Below, in pieces: positions 56,221 through 64,000 of a DNA stretch of 64,000 nucleotides. The notes under the pieces are model-generated. The model was given only the letters and a program-made list of their open reading frames with translations, had not been told where the DNA came from and did no database searches. The position numbers were made by a program, and so were the translations under genes. Position 1 is the first letter of the stretch. Every line of letters starts with the position of its first letter. This stretch comes from a virus: positions 206,182 to 270,181 of the IMG/VR virus record IMGVR_UViG_3300024503_000015, one strand, 5' to 3'.

Positions 56221-56502
56221 ATGGGTGATATATTCAAAATAATTGGTGATTTGGGTATGCCGGTAGCGGCGGCATTGGCAGGTGGATACTTTGTTTACCT
56301 AACAATCAAATTACTACTACAAGGTGTTTTGGGAAGTATCAAAGGTATGGCCGGTATTATTACTGCGTTAGACAATCGTGTAAAAACAATGAACCACGAT
56401 GTTGTACGTATTGATACTATTGTGTCCAACGCATTAGGTTTACGCCCTGACGTAGATCGTATTGCTAGAGCAGATGGTAAGAACGATGCTAGACGAGACT
56501 AA
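56221..56502 (+). CDS. small membrane protein (holin-like topology)
   Basis: 93 aa with two hydrophobic helices and a charged C-terminus. CATAAATA motif ~25 nt upstream. Confidence 0.4.
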   Translation: MGDIFKIIGDLGMPVAAALAGGYFVYLTIKLLLQGVLGSIKGMAGIITALDNRVKTMNHDVVRIDTIVSNALGLRPDVDRIARADGKNDARRD

Positions 56503-56656
56503 TACAAAATTACAAGATGCAATTATAACGTTGCATGACATAGCCAGACTAATTGAACAAGAAGTTGGCCGAGGTAACCTTAGTGACGATATTAGAAACT
56601 GTGCTAATAGAGTCAATGTATTGATTAAGGAAAGAGTCGAAAATGCTGTATGTTGA
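56462..56656 (+). CDS. small hypothetical protein
   Basis: 64 aa ORF overlapping its neighbours in the plus-strand block. Confidence 0.3.
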   Translation: MLEQMVRTMLDETNTKLQDAIITLHDIARLIEQEVGRGNLSDDIRNCANRVNVLIKERVENAVC

Positions 56657-56840
56657 TTACAGTTGGGATTTAAATCCTAGCGGTATCATATTCGATGAAG
56701 AACTTGATATTGATAAGTTAGGTTGGAAGCACGGCGATTGCTTTAGAATTACCAACGTTAATGGTAAGGCAATGCTGGTTAAAATGCACCCAGTAGAGCA
56801 ATTTGTAAAAGGATACCCAGTAAATGTTCAAGAAGAATAA
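56643..56840 (+). CDS. small hypothetical protein
   Basis: 65 aa ORF. Confidence 0.3.
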   Translation: MLYVDYSWDLNPSGIIFDEELDIDKLGWKHGDCFRITNVNGKAMLVKMHPVEQFVKGYPVNVQEE

Positions 56841-56924
56841 ATGGCAGTTGTGGTATGATGCACAACCCCAACACATCAAAGATTGGATGGATCAGCCAAG
56901 AGCAATTTGGTATGACAGCGATAT

Positions 56925-57359
56925 GTGGAAGGCTGGCATTACTGGATTAGTTGTTGGTTTAATAATAGGGATGATTATATAATGGATGTCGTAGAGTTAG
57001 TCAATAAGTATGGGTTTCCAATCGTTATGGCGGTTGGTATGGGTTTCATTATCAAATACGTTTGGGAATGGGCCACAAAAGAAGTTAAGCCAGTTATCAG
57101 CGATGCTAATACTGTGTTGATTGCTCTTATCGACCGTATCCGTATGCTAGACAATGACTTGATTCGTCTTAACCAAAAAGTTAATACAGTCTTACACCTA
57201 CGTGGTAAGATGATTGAATCGGATCGTGTTATGGAAACTGCACTTGTAGAAGCACAGGCTAACAAGAAGTTCCACGAAGCAATGGAAGAAGCAGACAAGA
57301 TTGGCGCAAAGAAAGTTGACCCGGACGATAAAAAGACTGCGGCCGCTGGCGAGAGTTAA
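56925..57359 (+). CDS. membrane-anchored coiled-coil protein (i-spanin-like topology)
   Basis: N-terminal transmembrane helix FPIVMAVGMGFII, then coiled coil. Real start probably the internal MDVVEL. Confidence 0.4.
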   Translation: MEGWHYWISCWFNNRDDYIMDVVELVNKYGFPIVMAVGMGFIIKYVWEWATKEVKPVISDANTVLIALIDRIRMLDNDLIRLNQKVNTVLHLRGKMIESDRVMETALVEAQANKKFHEAMEEADKIGAKKVDPDDKKTAAAGES

Positions 57360-57361
57360 TA

Positions 57362-58066
57362 ATGTCAACAATTATAGCCACCTTGGTGATGGTTCAAATC
57401 ACCATAGCCTGTGTTACCCTTTATCTTCATAGAGGACAAACACACAGAGCAGTAACATTCCATCCAGCAGTAAATCACTTCATGCGTTTTTGGCTTTGGC
57501 TTACAACAGGTATGGTTACCAAGCAATGGGTAGCAATACATCGCAAACATCATCAAGCCAGCGATACAGATTTAGATCCGCACAGTCCACAAGTTTACGG
57601 TATTAAAACTGTGCTATTCAAAGGCTGGAGTTTATATCACTCTGCCAGTAAAGATACCGCAATGGTTGAAAAGTTAGGAGTAGGTACTCCTGATGATTGG
57701 CTAGAGCGTAATGTTTACACCCTACACAGCCGCCTTGGAATTCTCTTAATGTTAGTCATAGACTTATTGTTCTTTGGTCCTTGGGGTATTCTTGTGTGGG
57801 GCATTCAAATGATATGGATTCCATTCTGGGCCGCTGGTGTTATTAATGGACTGGCACATTGGTGGGGATATCGTAATACTGACACCAAAGACACTAGCCG
57901 TAACTTATGGCCTTGGGCTATTTGGATCGGTGGTGAGGAACTACATAACAATCATCATGCCGATGGGGCCAATGCTAGTTTCCGTCAACGTTGGTTTGAA
58001 TTAGATATCGGTTGGATCTATATTAAGGTACTACGCTTCTTTAACCTTGCACAGGTTAGGAATTAA
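57362..58066 (+). CDS. membrane fatty-acid (acyl-CoA/acyl-lipid delta-9-like) desaturase
   Basis: Three His boxes HRGQTH, HRKHH and HNNHH, with multiple transmembrane helices. Confidence 0.8.
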   Translation: MSTIIATLVMVQITIACVTLYLHRGQTHRAVTFHPAVNHFMRFWLWLTTGMVTKQWVAIHRKHHQASDTDLDPHSPQVYGIKTVLFKGWSLYHSASKDTAMVEKLGVGTPDDWLERNVYTLHSRLGILLMLVIDLLFFGPWGILVWGIQMIWIPFWAAGVINGLAHWWGYRNTDTKDTSRNLWPWAIWIGGEELHNNHHADGANASFRQRWFELDIGWIYIKVLRFFNLAQVRN

Positions 58067-58805
58067 CAGCAATAAACTCTGCTTCAGGAATACGTGTCTT
58101 AGTATTCTTACTTCCTAGTACTACTACAATTCTGCGTCCTATTTCTGTATCCAACATCATTACTATGCAACCTCCACTGGCTCTTATGTAGCCAGTTTTG
58201 CTGACAATAAATTCATGACGCTTGCCAATAATTGGATTAGTATTATTAAAGATAAACCACTTTTTCTTTATCTTAATTTTAACCTGCGGTGTGCGTGATG
58301 CTTCAATAATCTCTGCGTAGTTCTTTGCCGCTAGAACTAGTTTAATTAAATCAGTGGCTGTGCTTACATTAAACACACTAAGCCCTGTAGGTTCGACATA
58401 CTTTGTGTCGTGCATACCTAACAGATGTGCTTTAGTATTCATTGCTCTAACACAGGCATCCTTACCATTAGGATAGTATTGACACAGTAGATCAGCCGCT
58501 TTGTTGTCGCTGTGTACTAATGCTAGTTGTATTGTTTCGGCTCGGGTATACTTACCGATTTGTTCATCTAAGTTTTGATTAGCATCTAACACAACCATTG
58601 CCGTCATTAGTTTAGTAATGCTGGCAATACTACGCTGTTGATCTATGTTTTCGCTTTGAATAATTCTGCCGGATTCATCGGCCACGAGCCAGCTCTGAGC
58701 GGTGATAGACAGAGGTTTGGCAGTGGCGGCGCTTGTTTGCCCATGATGTAAAAAGGCAAAAAATACCAATATAGATATAACTCTACACATCTGTCTATTG
58801 TACAC
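58056..58805 (-). CDS. D-alanyl-D-alanine carboxypeptidase (S11, PBP5/DacA-like) with signal peptide
   Basis: SITK (SxxK), SDN and KTG motifs. N-terminal signal peptide. Confidence 0.8.
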   Translation of the reverse strand: MYNRQMCRVISILVFFAFLHHGQTSAATAKPLSITAQSWLVADESGRIIQSENIDQQRSIASITKLMTAMVVLDANQNLDEQIGKYTRAETIQLALVHSDNKAADLLCQYYPNGKDACVRAMNTKAHLLGMHDTKYVEPTGLSVFNVSTATDLIKLVLAAKNYAEIIEASRTPQVKIKIKKKWFIFNNTNPIIGKRHEFIVSKTGYIRASGGCIVMMLDTEIGRRIVVVLGSKNTKTRIPEAEFIAVNS

Positions 58806-58826
58806 TCTGCTATAATCTCTGTCAAA

Positions 58827-60878
58827 TTATTTTTCATGTGCTATGAATTCACCATTCCAATTATCTGGAAGGTTCTGTTCTTTCATAAACTCGCAACGTT
58901 CAATCCAGATTTTGTAGTACTTGTCCATTTGTCCACCAAAGTTGCCTTTTAGTTTTTTACACATAGCGGCTGCTTCGTCGAACTTCTTTTGTTTATACAA
59001 GGCATGCATCAACTCGTGCTGTACTTTATCTTTACTGTAATCTTCACCTTTGGTTCTTAATGCTGTATAGATTAAGTCTGCTACAGTTTTGCCTTTAGGT
59101 TGTAAGTTATCTAGCATTAGATAGAAGAAGTCATCTTTAGTACGGTTGTAAGTTTCAGCACCGATGATACATAACACGCCATAGGCCTTACAACGTGCTT
59201 CTAAACGAGCGGCGGTTGAAACCATGTCACCTAAGATGTCGTAACTATGTCTGTCAGTTGATCCCATCTCACCAATAAAGCCAATACCTGAGTTACAACC
59301 CCAACCCATTGCGGCTGGTGGTAAGCCTTGTGCTTCCATTAGTTTAGTATACTCATCAACAGCATCTAACATCTGTAAACCAACAGCAACAATAGTACGG
59401 GCATGATTAGGATCTTCAATCGGAGCACCGTGTATGTGCATACTTGCGTCACCTACATACTTTATGACCATACCCTTGTTGTCCATGATAGGCTGACTAA
59501 TAGCATCCATGTAACCGTTCATATACTTGCCTAATCCAGCAACATCATCACCGTAGTGTTCTCCAATGGGTGTAAAGCCACGCAAGTCACTGAACATAAC
59601 GGATACGTCTTTACGCACACCACGCTTGATTAGGTCTGGATCTTTTTGTAGCATTTCTACTACTTCCTTACTACAGTATCCAGCGAACTGTTTCTTAATT
59701 GCCTGTTTCTGTAAAAACTCGCTTATAAACTTAACGCCATAACAATGAAGAGCAACGATAATAAGGCCAAACGCGATCGCAGTCGCGTCTCCCAAGACGA
59801 GCCAATTATTGAAAGCGTAGATAGTACCAGGAACGATGGCACCAACAATAACCACAGTAGCACCAATGCCAACATAAGTCCACCTCGATAAGAAAATTAA
59901 TAATATGCCAAGTGATACTAATGCTAAAATTTCAACCCCGTCGGCATAGTCGGGACGTTGAATAACAATGCCGTTAACCATTGTACCAATTACTGCGGCC
60001 TGCACTTCGTGAGGAAATACAGCACCTTTGCTTGTCGGTAACGGATTACTAATACCAGCGGCAGTAGGACCTACAATAACGACGGCGCCACCTAAATCTT
60101 TTGGAAGTTTAACAGCACTAACGCTATGAGCTTCTTGGCTCCAATCGATCCAAATTCTTCCTAAACTATCTGTAGCAATAGGACCAAACTTTGGAATACG
60201 CATTTTCTCAACGCCGCCTTCAAAAAGTTTTACTTGGAAGGTAGAGTCTCCTGCGGCGACTCTAAGTGTCTCTAAACTCAATGCTGGATATAATTTGCCG
60301 TCTACAGTAACAATTAACGGCATGCGGCGATTAACACCATCTACTTCTGGAAGTGTTCCTGTAATGCCAACACCTGCGGCATTTTGTTCTAGTTGAGGAA
60401 CGTTGGCGATTAGTCCCGGGTATTGAATAATTTGATCTAGATGTTCTGGACCTAGTACAGCCGATCCTGGAACACGTGGTGTATTCTTTGTTTTCTGTGC
60501 TGGCGCACTTCCTAGTACTACAGGGAACTCTTTTAGAGTTTGTCCTAGCGCACCATCTCCACCAGTACGATCTGTCTCTGGCATAAGAACATTAAGTACA
60601 ACAAGTCCTGCATTTCTTTGGTATAGTTCCTTCACAAGTTTAGCATATTCTGCTCTTGGTAAGGGCCACTGACCATATTTGTCTAACGTGGCTTCGTCGA
60701 TATTTACAGTAACTATGTTGTTAACTGTAACTTCTTTACTTGTAATTAATGTGTCAAAATAACGTAGTCTTACGCTTTCAACAAATGTAGGATCTGCAAC
60801 TCTGACACCAACAACTAGTGCTAGAGTTAGTAAAGCAGTCCATGGACTTACTAGTATTTTTTTGAATTGTATTTTCAT
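58827..60878 (-). CDS. CHASE2 sensor domain fused to class III adenylate/guanylate cyclase
   Basis: N-terminal transmembrane plus periplasmic CHASE2-like region and further transmembrane helices. Cyclase core FSDLRGFTPIGE...GDASMHIHG. Extra C-terminal ~100 aa. Confidence 0.8.
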   Translation of the reverse strand: MKIQFKKILVSPWTALLTLALVVGVRVADPTFVESVRLRYFDTLITSKEVTVNNIVTVNIDEATLDKYGQWPLPRAEYAKLVKELYQRNAGLVVLNVLMPETDRTGGDGALGQTLKEFPVVLGSAPAQKTKNTPRVPGSAVLGPEHLDQIIQYPGLIANVPQLEQNAAGVGITGTLPEVDGVNRRMPLIVTVDGKLYPALSLETLRVAAGDSTFQVKLFEGGVEKMRIPKFGPIATDSLGRIWIDWSQEAHSVSAVKLPKDLGGAVVIVGPTAAGISNPLPTSKGAVFPHEVQAAVIGTMVNGIVIQRPDYADGVEILALVSLGILLIFLSRWTYVGIGATVVIVGAIVPGTIYAFNNWLVLGDATAIAFGLIIVALHCYGVKFISEFLQKQAIKKQFAGYCSKEVVEMLQKDPDLIKRGVRKDVSVMFSDLRGFTPIGEHYGDDVAGLGKYMNGYMDAISQPIMDNKGMVIKYVGDASMHIHGAPIEDPNHARTIVAVGLQMLDAVDEYTKLMEAQGLPPAAMGWGCNSGIGFIGEMGSTDRHSYDILGDMVSTAARLEARCKAYGVLCIIGAETYNRTKDDFFYLMLDNLQPKGKTVADLIYTALRTKGEDYSKDKVQHELMHALYKQKKFDEAAAMCKKLKGNFGGQMDKYYKIWIERCEFMKEQNLPDNWNGEFIAHEK

Positions 60879-61411
60879 TTTTTAAATCCTGGCTTTGGTA
60901 AGTGGTTGCGGCCGTAACTAATTCTACTGCCTATAATTTGTTCTAATGCTGTATGTAAGGCTTGTCCTGATAAATGTTTACGCAACCATTTTTCTGCTAA
61001 GTTGTTAATAATCTTTTCATTAGCGTGTGCAAAGCCGCCTTTACTTTTAGCGTGTACATAAGCGTGATATGCTTCGTGGGCCGCAACAGCAACGTCTCGT
61101 GCCGCGGTGCTGTCTAGATTTGGTAAGTTGATACTGCCAACGCCGTCGCCTGTATCCCTAAACATTGGATCTCCGCTACTCTGGTAGACATAATACATTC
61201 CAGGACCTAATTCGTCATCATCGTCAGTTACTCTATCTCTACCTAGAATATTTCTAACTACATCATATGCTGTCCAAAGCGTGGCTGCAGGTTCTCTGCT
61301 TAATTTTGTAGTTGGAAGCATTATTTTATCTTCAGGATCGAAGTCACCATATCTTGCTTTTAAATCGGCGTCACTTGCTTCTGCTTCTTTTATAAATTCT
61401 TTTGCTCTCAT
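60875..61411 (-). CDS. putative HExxH zinc metallopeptidase
   Basis: AAHEAYHAYVH motif. Start trimmed to MRAKEF. Confidence 0.4.
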   Translation of the reverse strand: MRAKEFIKEAEASDADLKARYGDFDPEDKIMLPTTKLSREPAATLWTAYDVVRNILGRDRVTDDDDELGPGMYYVYQSSGDPMFRDTGDGVGSINLPNLDSTAARDVAVAAHEAYHAYVHAKSKGGFAHANEKIINNLAEKWLRKHLSGQALHTALEQIIGSRISYGRNHLPKPGFKK

Positions 61412-61569
61412 GATCTTGGTGCCGCGCCGTTTCGAGTAGCAGGATCCCATGAGTGGCAACCCTTGGGTCGTCCGTCTTTGTCGCAAAATGCTATTCCGGC
61501 GCAGCCTGCTAAGGTTGTAATAATTGCTAATATTAAGATGTTTTTCAGCATCCAATATTTAGTTAGATT

Positions 61570-63963
61570 TTATTGGCGAACAACTGTGCTACAACCCGCT
61601 GGATTTGTACAACTTTGAATGATGCTAAATGATTTGCCGCCTGTTTGTTGCAGGTCAACACTGGCTGGGCCACCTGCGTTAGTTACATCAATAACTGCTC
61701 TGTTAGCAGTATTTCCTGTTTGTGTCACTAGTGCTGAGTTGTTATTTCCTGTTAGTGTAATATCAGCGAAATGGCCAGCACCGCCAGACTGTGTAGTGTT
61801 TACAGTATTAATATCGCCTGTAACTTTACTGAACAATATGTGATTACCGGTTTGTGTATGATTTACAGTATTACCATTTCCTTGTATTTTAGTTTCAGCA
61901 TAATTTGAACCACTAGCATTTGACTGATTAGTAGTTATGTTATTGCCCCACCCAGGCACTTCTTGCTTTAAGTAGTTACTGCCAGTTTGAGTATTATTAA
62001 CAATATTGTTGTTTCCTTCTAAGGTAAATTCGATTTTGTTCTTAGTACCACTTTGTGTAATAGTTACATTATTGTTAGTACCGTATGTTTGTGTGATGTA
62101 CAATTCGTTATTGTAGTTTTGTGTACCGTTGTTCCAAGTATTAATTCTAGTTTGTTTAACATCTATATCTGCTGGAGGAACGTATGAGCCACCGCTACCT
62201 ATAACTTGATCACCAGGCGCATTTGTTTGTGTAATTGTTCCACCTTCAACTACTGGTCCTAATAAAACTGTTGTACCCGACACGTCAACTACTGCGCTGT
62301 TAGAATAAACAAATCCACTAGTGTCAATTGTATTTGTTTCAGTAATCCACCCTGTAGTAAATGCAGAGTTAGGTACGTTCATACGGCCTGCACCGTAGTC
62401 CCATTGAAAACGTAGTCCATAGCCGCCGGTGTCGTTCCAGTACCATGCTTCAAAATTATAAGTCTGTCCTGCTACTATGTCTATCCAGCCAGACGCTGTA
62501 TAGCCACCTATACTCTGAAGTTGGAATGTAGATCTATCGTTGATAACTGTTTGTCCGTTTACACTCATAACAAATCCGTCATCGCTGTTGCTATAGAAGT
62601 ATAATCTATATACAGTACCTGCAGGATAATTTTGTGTCGTCGGAGCAGTAATCGTTCCGTTGAATCTAACTAAGGTACCAGTGTCCATATTTGGAAAACT
62701 GCCGTTAGTCGGAACATAAACTCCGTTACTAGTTGTACCAATACTAACAGGCTGTCCACCAGGTGGCATATCAGGTACACGATATGGCCCTAACCAGTTT
62801 TTAATACAACCTAACCAACCGCAGTTATAAGTGTAAGGATCGAATTTGTAGACTTTATAGTTTAATCCCTGCTGTATGTTTTGTGTTGTAGTTGTTGCTG
62901 TGCCGTTTGCTTCTATGGTGCTGCCATTAACGCCGGTTGTAGTAACTGTATTAATTGGTGTTGTAGTTGTTGTCAGAACACCGTTTACAATTTTTGTAGT
63001 TACTACGTTAGACGCAACCTTAGTTTGATATACTGCTTCAGTACCATTTGTACTTGTGCTAGTTCCGTCGCTGTAAGTTGTTGTAGTTACAGGTGTGCGA
63101 TAAACAGTAGTTGTATTACCATTAACCACAGTTCTAGTTGTATAAGTTACACTAGTTCCTGTTACTGTAGGAGTCGGAGCAGGAGCCGCACCGGCAGTTG
63201 CGCCCGTGCCAGCATTGGTCACTGACATTGTGTTATTATATCCACCAGCAGTACCACTAGTAGTACCACCAGTAGCACTAGGGCCGCCACCGTTAGCGTT
63301 AGCAACTAAGCCAACTGTACTCGAACCAGGCACTCCATCGCTGTTAACGATACAGGCATTTGATCCGCCCCATGCACCTTGACAAGCACCGAACCCTGGA
63401 TTTGATACCCAACCTTGTGCTGTTATATTATTATAAGGCCCAAACTCCGGGTTATACAATAAGTTGCCGCCGCCATTAAGTTGGAATGTAGGAGCACGAT
63501 ACCAAGGACCATAATCACCTGCCCAGTAACTTCCATCAATACCGTACATACTGACTGTGGCATAGGCTACTTGGCTTGCTTGTGCCGCAGTAAGCGTTGC
63601 ACTGATAGTTACTGTAGTCCAAGGTACCGCAGTATCAATACAAGGATTACCACACACAGCATTTGGGTTTGGTAAGTTAGCAGAGTTAGTTGAGTTTACG
63701 CTAGTGATTAATCCACCACTGCTGTTATAGAACTGTATCTTTACGTTAGCCGTATCACTTTGTCCTGCACGGCCGCCGCCGTTGTGTGCTAGTACACTCA
63801 TTGTAAATGTACCGCCTTGTTGCATATTACTATCAAACACTACTTGTTGACTAATTGTAGTAGTAACATAAGCAGTAGCAATAGCATTATAAGTCACAGC
63901 CTGACTATGTGCGCTAATGCACACAGTTAAAAACACAAGGAACTGTAATAAACGTTTTATCAT
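61570..63963 (-). CDS. secreted PA14-domain protein, Thr/Gly/Asn-rich
   Basis: Signal peptide MIKRLLQFLVFLTVCISAHSQA. PA14-like block GTVYRLYFYSNSDDGFVMSVNGQTVINDRS...GLRFQWDYG. Confidence 0.6.
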   Translation of the reverse strand: MIKRLLQFLVFLTVCISAHSQAVTYNAIATAYVTTTISQQVVFDSNMQQGGTFTMSVLAHNGGGRAGQSDTANVKIQFYNSSGGLITSVNSTNSANLPNPNAVCGNPCIDTAVPWTTVTISATLTAAQASQVAYATVSMYGIDGSYWAGDYGPWYRAPTFQLNGGGNLLYNPEFGPYNNITAQGWVSNPGFGACQGAWGGSNACIVNSDGVPGSSTVGLVANANGGGPSATGGTTSGTAGGYNNTMSVTNAGTGATAGAAPAPTPTVTGTSVTYTTRTVVNGNTTTVYRTPVTTTTYSDGTSTSTNGTEAVYQTKVASNVVTTKIVNGVLTTTTTPINTVTTTGVNGSTIEANGTATTTTQNIQQGLNYKVYKFDPYTYNCGWLGCIKNWLGPYRVPDMPPGGQPVSIGTTSNGVYVPTNGSFPNMDTGTLVRFNGTITAPTTQNYPAGTVYRLYFYSNSDDGFVMSVNGQTVINDRSTFQLQSIGGYTASGWIDIVAGQTYNFEAWYWNDTGGYGLRFQWDYGAGRMNVPNSAFTTGWITETNTIDTSGFVYSNSAVVDVSGTTVLLGPVVEGGTITQTNAPGDQVIGSGGSYVPPADIDVKQTRINTWNNGTQNYNNELYITQTYGTNNNVTITQSGTKNKIEFTLEGNNNIVNNTQTGSNYLKQEVPGWGNNITTNQSNASGSNYAETKIQGNGNTVNHTQTGNHILFSKVTGDINTVNTTQSGGAGHFADITLTGNNNSALVTQTGNTANRAVIDVTNAGGPASVDLQQTGGKSFSIIQSCTNPAGCSTVVRQ

Positions 63964-64000
63964 TTTTGTATCAAGATAATAATAGTATTACCTCCCTGAT

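Overview
This 64 kb window reads as part of a large T4-like myophage genome, with about 39% GC and almost all genes on the minus strand. The phage anchors seen in the translations are rIIA/rIIB, an ATP-dependent DNA ligase, the Pnk kinase domain, an Rnl1-type RNA ligase, a DexA-like exonuclease, two ClpP paralogs, UvdE, a QueD-like enzyme, a subtilase fusion, tail-fibre genes and TATAAATA late-promoter motifs. Between 33.5 and 41.2 kb lies an array of about 35 tRNA or tRNA-like genes, all on the minus strand. Several of these are structurally aberrant, and the array is interleaved with ORF-free, hairpin-rich spacers that carry a repeated CCTTGCGAGC motif. Immediately upstream of the array is a cluster with RNA end-healing and sealing enzymes (Pnk kinase, Rnl1 ligase, a calcineurin-type phosphoesterase and a Cys-phosphatase). 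The rest of the window is rich in host-like accessory genes. These include IF-1, an AhpD-GDSL-AhpC peroxide cassette, a beta-barrel outer-membrane protein, an SPFH lipoprotein, an acyl desaturase, a DD-carboxypeptidase, a CHASE2-nucleotide cyclase, a PA14 secreted protein, two glycosyltransferases and a DGQHR-like/HNH pair. All calls come from reading translations and hand-folding RNA. tRNA coordinates are approximate to within about 2 nt and isotype calls are provisional.
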